Shown here: piece after piece, positions 28,579 through 36,581 of the stretch
Layout: each line of letters opens with the position of its first letter
Position numbering within the stretch: position 1 is the first letter of the stretch
NCBI GenBank assembly: GCA_965217585.1
Contig: OZ244561.1
Span: 3,776,001 to 3,840,000 of the forward strand
Origin: Candidatus Latescibacterota bacterium
GTDB taxonomy: Bacteria > Latescibacterota > UBA2968 > UBA8231
DNA: 64,000 bases
Direction: 5' to 3'
Translations under genes and position numbers: made by a program
Notes under the pieces: generated by a model
Told to the model about the DNA's origin: nothing
Databases searched by the model: none
What the model saw: only the letters and a program-made list of their open reading frames with translations

Positions 28579-29760
28579 TTAAAAGACCTCGCCCTCGTAC
28601 AGTCGGCGCAAAAACTCCTCCAGCGGCCACACGTCTAGGCCGTCGTAGTGATAGACTCGCTCTCCAGTATAGACGCCGATCATGCGCTCTACCTCAATGC
28701 CCTCTGTCTCGTGCAAGGAGCGCATAGATCGCTCCCAACTCCGGTTCCATTTTTCTGCCAACTTGATTTCCAAACAGACGACGTGCGGCAGCGAGGAAGC
28801 CGTGCGCTTGCGCGTTTCAATGACAAAGTCGATTTCCGCGCCAGCGGGAGTGCGGTAAAAGGCGATGGGACGGTGTTTGTTGTACACGTGATTATAGACG
28901 CGCAATTCGTGATAGACCAAGGTCTCTAGGGCCGCGCCCAGCCACAGGCGATCAGGCGGATCATAGGCAAGGCCGGCGGCGGCCCGGGCCACCCCAGCAT
29001 CGAACCAGTAGAATTTAGGACGGGCCTTTTCGCGCACTTTGAGCTGAGGGCGGTAGGCAGGCAAGAAGTGGCCGAGCAAGGTGTCCTGGAGAATGGAGAA
29101 ATACCCATCGACGCTACTGCGCGGGATGGCGGCATCGCGGGCGATGTTCTGGCCGTTTACTACTTGGCCGTTGAGCAGACCAGCGACTTCGAGAAAGCGG
29201 AGAAAAGGAGGTAGCCGACGCACCAAGCCCTCTTCGCTGATTTCTTCCTTGATATACGTGTGGACGTACGCATACAGCAGATCGGCGGCGTACCGTCGGT
29301 CTAATTGCACGAGGGGCAAAAGGCCCCATTGCAGGGAAAACTCGGCGTCGAAGTCGGCACCCAATTCCTGCTGGGAAAACGGTGCCATAAAGCGAGTCAG
29401 CGCGCGTCCACCGAGCAGATTGACGCCGCCGCGCCGCAACGTGCGTGCCGATGAGCCGCAGAGGGCAAAACGCCAACGCCGCGTTTCTAGCAGGCGATGC
29501 ACCTCGTCTAAGAGAGCGGGTACTTTCTGGATTTCGTCGAGCACAATCCACGAATCAGTCGCCCTATCGCCGACTAGTGCCTCTAGGTCATGGGGGTTAT
29601 GGGATAGCTGTAGATAGAGGGCCGCGTCTAGCAGGTCGAAGAAGGCGGCATTGGGCAAGGCTTGGCGCAGCCAAGTGCTTTTGCCCACCCCACGCGGACC
29701 GAAGAGGAAAAAGGAGCGCTCGGGCAATTCGAGCAGGCGCTGTATTGAGGAATCTTGCAC
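28579..29760 (-). CDS. AAA_14 + DUF4143 ATPase with C-terminal PD-(D/E)xK-like domain
   Basis: GPRGVGKS, LDEIQK, GSS, LLGGRA, KFYWFDAG, EIDFV..LEIK. Confidence 0.92.
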   Translation of the reverse strand: MQDSSIQRLLELPERSFFLFGPRGVGKSTWLRQALPNAAFFDLLDAALYLQLSHNPHDLEALVGDRATDSWIVLDEIQKVPALLDEVHRLLETRRWRFALCGSSARTLRRGGVNLLGGRALTRFMAPFSQQELGADFDAEFSLQWGLLPLVQLDRRYAADLLYAYVHTYIKEEISEEGLVRRLPPFLRFLEVAGLLNGQVVNGQNIARDAAIPRSSVDGYFSILQDTLLGHFLPAYRPQLKVREKARPKFYWFDAGVARAAAGLAYDPPDRLWLGAALETLVYHELRVYNHVYNKHRPIAFYRTPAGAEIDFVIETRKRTASSLPHVVCLEIKLAEKWNRSWERSMRSLHETEGIEVERMIGVYTGERVYHYDGLDVWPLEEFLRRLYEGEVF

Positions 29761-29762
29761 AT

Positions 29763-29844
29763 TGCAAATTTACGGGACAACCGTAAAAAAACAATGCAAA
29801 CTTACGGGACAACTGTAAAAAAACAATGTAATCTTACAGACCAA
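29763..29844. repeat. 2.5 tandem copies of a 32-bp unit containing the palindrome TTTACGG-N5-CCGTAAA
   Basis: Units start at 29763, 29795 and 29827, directly upstream of the DUF4143 ATPase start. Confidence 0.85.
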
Positions 29845-29876
29845 GCGGCGATGGATCGTTGTATCAGTGTGTATTC

Positions 29877-29905
29877 TTGACGTTATTAATGCGTCGCGTT
29901 ATTAT
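29877..29905 (+). promoter_or_regulatory. Sigma70 promoter of higBA with an operator-like palindrome in the spacer
   Basis: TTGACG (29877-29882), 17 bp, TATTAT (29900-29905); near-palindrome TAATGCG-T-CGCGTTA. Confidence 0.75.
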
Positions 29906-29913
29906 GAATTGCG

Positions 29914-30192
29914 ATGAATCGATTCAGGGACCATAACACTGAACGGATATTTTATGGACAAACGGTCCGTCGCCTGCCTGTTGACATCCAACGCCGAGCA
30001 CGAATGAGGTTACAGCGAGTGGTTGCGGCGACTGTACTGGCCGACCTTCGGGTGCCGCCCTCCCATCGCCTTAAATCGCTGCGTGGGGACCGGACCGGCC
30101 AGTATAGCATTCGCATTAATGACCAGTGGCGCGTGTGCTTTAAATGGACAGACCAAGGTGCTATGGATATCGAAATCACCGACTATCACTGA
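29914..30192 (+). CDS. higB: HigB (RelE/ParE superfamily) toxin
   Basis: DLRVPPSHRLKSLRGDR.GQYSIRINDQWRVCFKW...EITDYH. Confidence 0.93.
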   Translation: MNRFRDHNTERIFYGQTVRRLPVDIQRRARMRLQRVVAATVLADLRVPPSHRLKSLRGDRTGQYSIRINDQWRVCFKWTDQGAMDIEITDYH

Positions 30193-30204
30193 GGAGAGAA
30201 TCCA

Positions 30205-30501
30205 ATGACTGCAACGACCTCGATTCATCCAGGAGAACATCTGGCAGAGATTTTGGACGAGCTCGGCATCAGCCAGTACCGTCTGGCTAAGACTATCGGG
30301 GTGCCCCCGATACGCATCAACGAAATCGTCCACTGCCGTAGATCAATCACAGCGGACACGGCTCTGCGGATCGGACAGGCCCTGGGGATGACCCCAGAGT
30401 TCTGGCTGAACCTCCAACGAATGTACGACCTCGACCTCGCCCGTGCCTCGACCGACATCAGCACCATTGAGCCGCTCGTCGAGGCATCCGCTCATCCTTG
30501 A
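30205..30501 (+). CDS. higA: HigA antitoxin
   Basis: IHPGEHL, HTH, ITADTALR, PEFWLNLQ..YD. Confidence 0.95.
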   Translation: MTATTSIHPGEHLAEILDELGISQYRLAKTIGVPPIRINEIVHCRRSITADTALRIGQALGMTPEFWLNLQRMYDLDLARASTDISTIEPLVEASAHP

Positions 30502-30511
30502 ACGAATTTCC

Positions 30512-31195
30512 TCACCACTGCTGTCCCAGCGGCGTCAGCACCAGTTCATCGACATTGACTCCGCGCGGCTGCGCCAGCACAAAGCACGCGGCGTCGGCGA
30601 CCTCGTCGCGGCTCAGGCGACAACGCCGGCCGCCCTCGTTCAACGGCACCGGATCGGGGCTAGCCACCGCGCCTAGGGTGATTAAGCCAACGTGGACTCC
30701 CTGCTCTGCTGCTTCCCAGCGCAAACTCTCGCACAACCCGCGCACCGCTGACTCGACCGCCGCATAGAGCACCGGCGGCCGAGCGCGGATCAATCCCTGC
30801 AATCCGTTGATATGCAGTATCCGTCCGCCGCTTTGCATCAACACCGGCAAGGCGGCGCGCGTGATCTGCAACGCGCCGCTTACATCCGTATCGACAAAGG
30901 CGCGCAGGTCCTCGTAGCTGACTTCGGCAAGCGGCTCCTCCACCCAAGTGCCCGCCGCATTGACCAGCGCGTCGAGACCACCAAACGCTTCCACCGTCTC
31001 CCGCACCGCAGCTTCGCAATCCGCAACAATCCCCACATCGCCCGGCACCGCTACCGCGCCGTCCAACTCAGCGGCGATAGCCTGCACCCGCTCCGCGCGC
31101 CGCGCCATCAGCGCAACTCGGTGCCCGGCCGCCGCCAGCCGCCGCGCGATAGTCTCGCCAATGCCAGAACTAGCACCCGTAATCAGCGCGTTCAT
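30512..31195 (-). CDS. SDR family oxidoreductase (atypical active site)
   Basis: ITGASSGIG, LVNAAG; YAAVE in place of YxxxK. Confidence 0.85.
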   Translation of the reverse strand: MNALITGASSGIGETIARRLAAAGHRVALMARRAERVQAIAAELDGAVAVPGDVGIVADCEAAVRETVEAFGGLDALVNAAGTWVEEPLAEVSYEDLRAFVDTDVSGALQITRAALPVLMQSGGRILHINGLQGLIRARPPVLYAAVESAVRGLCESLRWEAAEQGVHVGLITLGAVASPDPVPLNEGGRRCRLSRDEVADAACFVLAQPRGVNVDELVLTPLGQQW

Positions 31196-31214
31196 TGCGA
31201 GTATCTCCTGACGT

Positions 31215-32204
31215 TTAGATAAACCTAGACGTGATTTGCCCCACGAGCGCCTCGCCCCGCGCGTAGCGATCGAGGTTGTCCGCGGCCAGACGCGCCCGCT
31301 TGCGCGAGGTGCCGTCGGTCGAACCGGCGGTGTGGGGCATGGCAAACACATTGGGCAATTGGAAAACGGGGGCCGTAGCGTCGGGTGGCTCCTGAGCGAA
31401 CACATCGAGCCCGGCCCCGCCTAAGCGACCGTCCAAAAGCGCCCGGTAGAGGGCGTCCTCATCGACGAGCGCCCCTCGGGCCACGTTGATCAAGCAAGCG
31501 GTTTTCTTCATCAGGCCGATGCGCCGTGCGTCAATAGTGTGCCGGGTTTCCGGCGTCAGGTGCAGGTGCAGCGATAGGTAGTCGCTCTCAGCCACCACGC
31601 GGTCAACATCTTCGGGGCCGCCGAGAAATTCGGGTTGGATCTCGGCGAGGATTTCCTCTTCAATGGGGCGGATGTCGATGGCCAAGATCCGCAGACCAAA
31701 GGGCTTAGCCCGGCGCGCCAAATCTTGGGCGCTCGCGCCAAAACCGATCAGGCCGAGCGTCAGGCCCTCTAGTTCGACACCCGTAGGCGCGTACAGCCTG
31801 CCAGCGTCGAAGTTCATACGTGCCTCCGCATAGCGGTGGGCGTGCATGAGGACGAACATCATTGCACTCTGGCCCAACGCCACGCTGCTAAGCTGCCCGG
31901 GGCAATGGGCGAGTAGCAGCCCAGCACTGAGAATCCCTTCGACATCGACGTGGTCGAGGCCAGTGGTCTGGACCTGGAGGAATTTGACGCCAGCATCGGC
32001 CGCAGCGGCCAGCAGGTCTGGGCTGATATTGCCCCCTAAATCGACGATGGCTTCAATGCCCGCCAGTTGAGGTGCGGCCGGCTGGGCGCGGTCGAAAATG
32101 CGGAGATTGTGATGGGCACGTACGGCCTCGATCACGTCGGTCGTCCAAGGTGTGGCGATCGCGGCGACCGGGTGGGGCAGGAAGAGGACCTCAAGCCGAC
32201 GCAT
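31215..32204 (-). CDS. D-2-hydroxyacid dehydrogenase family protein
   Basis: GLIGFG, LINVARG, GAGLDVF..EP, PHTAG. Confidence 0.93.
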   Translation of the reverse strand: MRRLEVLFLPHPVAAIATPWTTDVIEAVRAHHNLRIFDRAQPAAPQLAGIEAIVDLGGNISPDLLAAAADAGVKFLQVQTTGLDHVDVEGILSAGLLLAHCPGQLSSVALGQSAMMFVLMHAHRYAEARMNFDAGRLYAPTGVELEGLTLGLIGFGASAQDLARRAKPFGLRILAIDIRPIEEEILAEIQPEFLGGPEDVDRVVAESDYLSLHLHLTPETRHTIDARRIGLMKKTACLINVARGALVDEDALYRALLDGRLGGAGLDVFAQEPPDATAPVFQLPNVFAMPHTAGSTDGTSRKRARLAADNLDRYARGEALVGQITSRFI

Positions 32205-32207
32205 ACG

Positions 32208-32984
32208 CTAGTACCCCAAATCGGCGCGGACGCGCGCCATCTGTTGGCAGCCAGCCGCGAGAAACGGCTCGTCGCCGCCAGCGAGAATCAGCGAGAAGCC
32301 GTCGTCCATGGCGCGTTGGATTGCTTGCGGGTCGCTGGCCGGGCGATAGACCCCGATGCCGGCGGGCTTGCCCGCGCGGCGAGCGGCTGCGGCGAGCTGG
32401 GCCTGGGCGTCTTGGAAAACAGACCCCTCGTAGTCAAAGGGCACCCCCAGCGAAATGGACAGATCCACCGGGCCGATGACGAACGTATCGACACCATCGA
32501 CAGCGAGAATCTCGTCGATATTGGCGACCGCCTCGGCCGTTTCGATCAGAGCGATGAATACCACTAAGTCGTTTATCTCCGCGAAGTACTCGTCGGTGCG
32601 CAATCCGTACTGAGCGGCCCGATGCGGTCCAAAACCGCGAATGCCAACTGGAGGATAGCGGCAGGCGCGAGCGCCTTCTGCGGCTTGGGCGGCGGTGTTT
32701 ACGAACGGGGCGAGGATGCCCAGCGCACCCATGTCGAGGTAGAGGCGGATCTGCTCCTCGTCGATGCGCGGCAGGCGGACGATGGGCGTGGCCGGGGTAT
32801 TGCCGATGGCCTGCAATTGCGCCTGGATACCGGTGGGGGTTTGCGGCGCGTGTTCCGAATCGATGACGAGAAAATCAAAGCCCGAGTGGCCGAACAGTTC
32901 GGCAATGGCCGGAGAGCCAAAGCGGAGCTGGGCACCGAAAGCGGGTTTGCCCGCGGCGAGTTGGTCCTTGATGCGGTTGTGCAT
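32208..32984 (-). CDS. HpcH/HpaI aldolase family protein
   Basis: IDSEHAP, YPPVGIRG, LIET, IGPVDLS. Confidence 0.93.
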   Translation of the reverse strand: MHNRIKDQLAAGKPAFGAQLRFGSPAIAELFGHSGFDFLVIDSEHAPQTPTGIQAQLQAIGNTPATPIVRLPRIDEEQIRLYLDMGALGILAPFVNTAAQAAEGARACRYPPVGIRGFGPHRAAQYGLRTDEYFAEINDLVVFIALIETAEAVANIDEILAVDGVDTFVIGPVDLSISLGVPFDYEGSVFQDAQAQLAAAARRAGKPAGIGVYRPASDPQAIQRAMDDGFSLILAGGDEPFLAAGCQQMARVRADLGY

Positions 32985-32992
32985 GTAGTCTC

Positions 32993-34891
32993 CTAACTCC
33001 ACGGCAGGGCGTACGAGGGTTTATTGACGAAACGCTCCATTCCCAAGTCGAGCCGAATCGCCGTGCCGGCTTGGAGACAGACGGTGAAATAGCGGTCCTG
33101 TACGGCGACCGTTTTGTCCTCCAGCTGCCCCTGCACGGTCTGCTGATATAGGGTGGCGTGTGTGTGCCCAACGCCGGCTTCTTCAGCCGAGATGGGCCGA
33201 CGCTGCTGGTAGGCAACGCGGGTGAAGCTGTGCTCGCCAAAAGCACCGGCCTGTAGCAAGACCTCGCGCTCTTGCGTCGGGTGCAGGTTGACCAAGTGTA
33301 GGACGGCCCGCTCGTCTGCGAGCGATTCCACCAAGGCGGCTACGTCTAGCGGCAAGCCCGACCGGCGGCGTTGCGGATCGAAGTAGCGCAGGCGGGCCAT
33401 GAGCAGGCCCCCGTTGTACATGAAGAGCGGGGCACCCATCGTCAGTTGCACCAAGCCCTCGGCGGTGATGGGGTTGCGCACCTGCAGGTACGCGTCGCTG
33501 TAGGTGGCAGGATCTTGCTGGTCGTCGCGCATGAAGGCCAAGCGCTGATATACCTGCGCGTGGTTGTGCCGCAGGATGTCCACCGGGTACTCTGGGTATC
33601 CGCCTTCGAGATACGCGGTCCAAGCGGCTTCGTGGCCGCCGCCGTGCTTGGAAAAGTGCGACCCTACCTGCCGCCAGTTATCGCTGTCGTGGTTGCGCTG
33701 CTGTTTGAGCCGCGCCATGTCCTCTTGCTGCATGCTCATGCACCAGAGGTGGGTCGTGGGATGGGCCTGCATGGGGCTGTAGCCATCCCAGCCTTTGTCG
33801 TGGTAGAAGTGCGGCGCGTGCAGCGTTTGTCCCCTCATTTCCCCCTGCTGCATCAGCACGTCGATTTGCGAGCGCGGAAAGTCCATGTAGTGCAAGTCGC
33901 CGGAGAGCAAGGCTGCGTTTTCCGCGGCCGCAATGCAGGCGTCGCTCAGGTGGTGCCAGCCGTGCGGCCAAGTCCAGCCGTAGTAGCCGCCGTACCACTT
34001 GCCGTCGATGTATTCGCCGATCTGCCCTGAAAGGCCGATGTTGTCGGGCAGGATGCCGTTGTTCTGCCGGGTGCGCTCGATCCAAGCGTTGGTGTATTCC
34101 TCGACCCAAGCTCGGTACTTGTCGTCGCCGCTGCACAGATAGGCGTTGGTCACCATGCTGGTCACCGCGAGGTTGCAGGCCACATCGCCGCGACTCATCC
34201 GCTCGACTAGGGCTTGGCCCATCTTCTCTTCCATGCCCGGCTTTTGCAAATCCTCGACCGTCTCAATGCCGGGAACGTCGTGAAAGGGCAAGGGCCAAGG
34301 TTTCCACCCGGCGTACTTATAGGCCGTGTAGTGCTTTTCAAAGTTGCGGTGCGCCGGCCCCATACTGCCGTTGTGGGCGCAGCGGATGAGCTTTTTCTCC
34401 GCGTCGTAATTGGGGGCCTCTGGGTCTTCGTTGAGATAGAAGCCCGCATAGCGCTTGGCGCGCTCGACATTCTTTTCGTGCGTTGGATCGGCGAGGCACA
34501 GCAAATAGAAAAATAAGTACCCCTCGCCTTGGTGCATCCAGTCGTAGCCTTGCTCGTATTCTTTGACGATCATGGGGTGGCCGTGGCCGCTGTCGTAGCG
34601 AGTGAACTGCCGGGTAATGCCCTCCCAAGTGCGGTGGGAATATTCGAGCATGTGATCGCCGCCGCCCATCAAGTAAAAGAGCGGCCAATTGTGGAAGCTC
34701 TCGTACGCGTCGTCCAGACCGTCGATGCTGCTAAAGTCATCTGTGGTCGGCCACAGCACCGAGCCATCTGGGCGCACGTAGCGCTCCATGAGCGGATGGA
34801 CGGAGGCGTCCATCAGGTCGATTAGGCTGCGCTCGAGAACGGCCCATTGGGGCGGCTCGACAAACGGTACGTTGCCTTCGATTCTTACCAT
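32993..34891 (-). CDS. Conserved hypothetical cytoplasmic protein, possibly alpha/alpha-barrel hydrolase or lyase
   Basis: 632 aa, Trp/Tyr-rich; DGLDDAYESF.NWP, YDWMHQGEG, WYGGYYGWTWPHG; no signal peptide. Confidence 0.55.
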   Translation of the reverse strand: MVRIEGNVPFVEPPQWAVLERSLIDLMDASVHPLMERYVRPDGSVLWPTTDDFSSIDGLDDAYESFHNWPLFYLMGGGDHMLEYSHRTWEGITRQFTRYDSGHGHPMIVKEYEQGYDWMHQGEGYLFFYLLCLADPTHEKNVERAKRYAGFYLNEDPEAPNYDAEKKLIRCAHNGSMGPAHRNFEKHYTAYKYAGWKPWPLPFHDVPGIETVEDLQKPGMEEKMGQALVERMSRGDVACNLAVTSMVTNAYLCSGDDKYRAWVEEYTNAWIERTRQNNGILPDNIGLSGQIGEYIDGKWYGGYYGWTWPHGWHHLSDACIAAAENAALLSGDLHYMDFPRSQIDVLMQQGEMRGQTLHAPHFYHDKGWDGYSPMQAHPTTHLWCMSMQQEDMARLKQQRNHDSDNWRQVGSHFSKHGGGHEAAWTAYLEGGYPEYPVDILRHNHAQVYQRLAFMRDDQQDPATYSDAYLQVRNPITAEGLVQLTMGAPLFMYNGGLLMARLRYFDPQRRRSGLPLDVAALVESLADERAVLHLVNLHPTQEREVLLQAGAFGEHSFTRVAYQQRRPISAEEAGVGHTHATLYQQTVQGQLEDKTVAVQDRYFTVCLQAGTAIRLDLGMERFVNKPSYALPWS

Positions 34892-34901
34892 TTTAGCCTC
34901 C

Positions 34902-36581
34902 TCATGTGTTGCGCACGAGGGCCTCCACCTGCTCGCGGAAGACCTCAATTTGCGCTGCGTATTGGTGGCGCAATTGGATAATGAATTGCCCAAAGAGCCG
35001 CTCCTGCTTTTGGCGGCGCACCAGCGCCCGCGCTCGGCGCTCGGCCTGCGCGAAGGGCCTCGGTGCGGCGTTGATCGTCGAATCGAGCAACCGGAAAATG
35101 GCGTAGTACGGGCCGCTGACCGGCTCAGAGCTTAGCACCTCGGCGGCGGTGACCTCCACGGCGATGGGGCCGATGAGTGTGCCGATTTTTTGCCCTTGTG
35201 CCGCCTCAAAGAGTGGGACGAACTGTTGCTTTTCCCAAGGATGCAGATGGAACTCGCCCTGCTGGGCTTTGCCGCGCCGGCGCAGGGTGTGCTCGGCAGC
35301 CAGCGCGCCTAAGTCGCCGCCGCGCTCCACCTCCTCGCGCAGCGCGAGCGCCTCCTCCTCGGTGCGGAGCAAAATTTCCTGCACACCGATCGATTCGAGG
35401 GGGCGGAAAAGGTCTAAGTGGCGGTCGTAGAACGCGCGAGCTTCTTCGCGGCTGGCGAAGACGCCATCGACCACGTCCCGGCGCATGGCCACCAGTAGCT
35501 TTGATAGCTGCCGCTTTTGGAACCAAGCGACCACGCCCTCTTCGCGGTCAACGCCCGCCGTATACGCGCCAGCCAAGAGCAGGGCTCGCGGCTCGACGAT
35601 GTCCTCGACGAACCAATCGAACCGCTCGGGCGCGTCCTCTGGGAAGCCGACGCCTAGCTCGCGGGCAAAATCGAGCAGATTGCCGATGGTAAAGACGCCG
35701 CTCTCGTGCTCGTAGATAGGCTGCTCAAGCTCCTCCGCAGAAAACGCCTTGGCACCCTGCCCGATGCGCCCGCGTACGCGCTCCAAAGCTTGGGCGTGAA
35801 CCACAAAGTCGAGTTCCTGCCGCAAGCGGGCCGACAGCGCCTGCACGGCCGGCGGCAGCTTCTCCGCGAGCAGTTCGGCCTCGATTACCAACTGTACGAC
35901 CGAGAGCGCGACCGGCACTTCGGCTGTTACCTCGTACACGCCGAACTGGTCGTTGAAGAGCACTGGCTCCGAAAACTGGCCCGGTGCCAGCGGAAAGACC
36001 TCTTCCTGCAAGATGGATGGGTACAGCTCGTCCTTGAGCAGGTAGCGGCCTCCCTCTAGCTGAGTCGCGTTGAGCAGGTTGCGGCTGGCCCATGTATCGA
36101 AGTAGTCGCCGCCTTCCAAGGCCGCCTTGACTTCTCGCGCCTCTTGTATTGTGGCAACTACGATGCGCCGCACCTGCACGGCGCGGTCGCGGCCCGTCTC
36201 TCGTTGATGGGCCAGCAGTTCTTCTTGCGTGTGGACGATCTTGTCGTACACCTCTAGCTGCAAAAAGCGGCGCAAGACGCGGTCGCTATACAATTTGTCC
36301 ATCTTGCGGCGGAAGTCGGCGCGCTGGTCGAGGCCCCGCTTTTTGGCTTCTAGGACCATGAGCTCCTTGTCGATCATAGTTTGCAAGTAGTCGAAATAGG
36401 CGTCAGCACCCGTCTTTTTGCTCCGCAGATCGGGGTGTAGCCTTTCTTCAAATTCCAGCAATTGGGGGGCGTCGATTTCCACCTCGCCGACTCGGGCCAC
36501 CACCAAGTCCTCGGTTGGGGTGCCGCAGCCCCAGAAAACGAGGAGCCACAACCAATATACCGCGTATTTCGATCTAATCAC
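34902..36581 (-). CDS. PpiC/SurA/PrsA-like peptidyl-prolyl isomerase lipoprotein
   Basis: Lipobox LLVFWGC, VVARVG, MIDKELMVLEAKKRGLD, two parvulin-like domains. Confidence 0.82.
   Translation of the reverse strand: MIRSKYAVYWLWLLVFWGCGTPTEDLVVARVGEVEIDAPQLLEFEERLHPDLRSKKTGADAYFDYLQTMIDKELMVLEAKKRGLDQRADFRRKMDKLYSDRVLRRFLQLEVYDKIVHTQEELLAHQRETGRDRAVQVRRIVVATIQEAREVKAALEGGDYFDTWASRNLLNATQLEGGRYLLKDELYPSILQEEVFPLAPGQFSEPVLFNDQFGVYEVTAEVPVALSVVQLVIEAELLAEKLPPAVQALSARLRQELDFVVHAQALERVRGRIGQGAKAFSAEELEQPIYEHESGVFTIGNLLDFARELGVGFPEDAPERFDWFVEDIVEPRALLLAGAYTAGVDREEGVVAWFQKRQLSKLLVAMRRDVVDGVFASREEARAFYDRHLDLFRPLESIGVQEILLRTEEEALALREEVERGGDLGALAAEHTLRRRGKAQQGEFHLHPWEKQQFVPLFEAAQGQKIGTLIGPIAVEVTAAEVLSSEPVSGPYYAIFRLLDSTINAAPRPFAQAERRARALVRRQKQERLFGQFIIQLRHQYAAQIEVFREQVEALVRNT

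Noticed and set aside
29763-29844. CRISPR array
   Set aside because: Units are contiguous with no unique spacers, only 2.5 copies, and no cas genes
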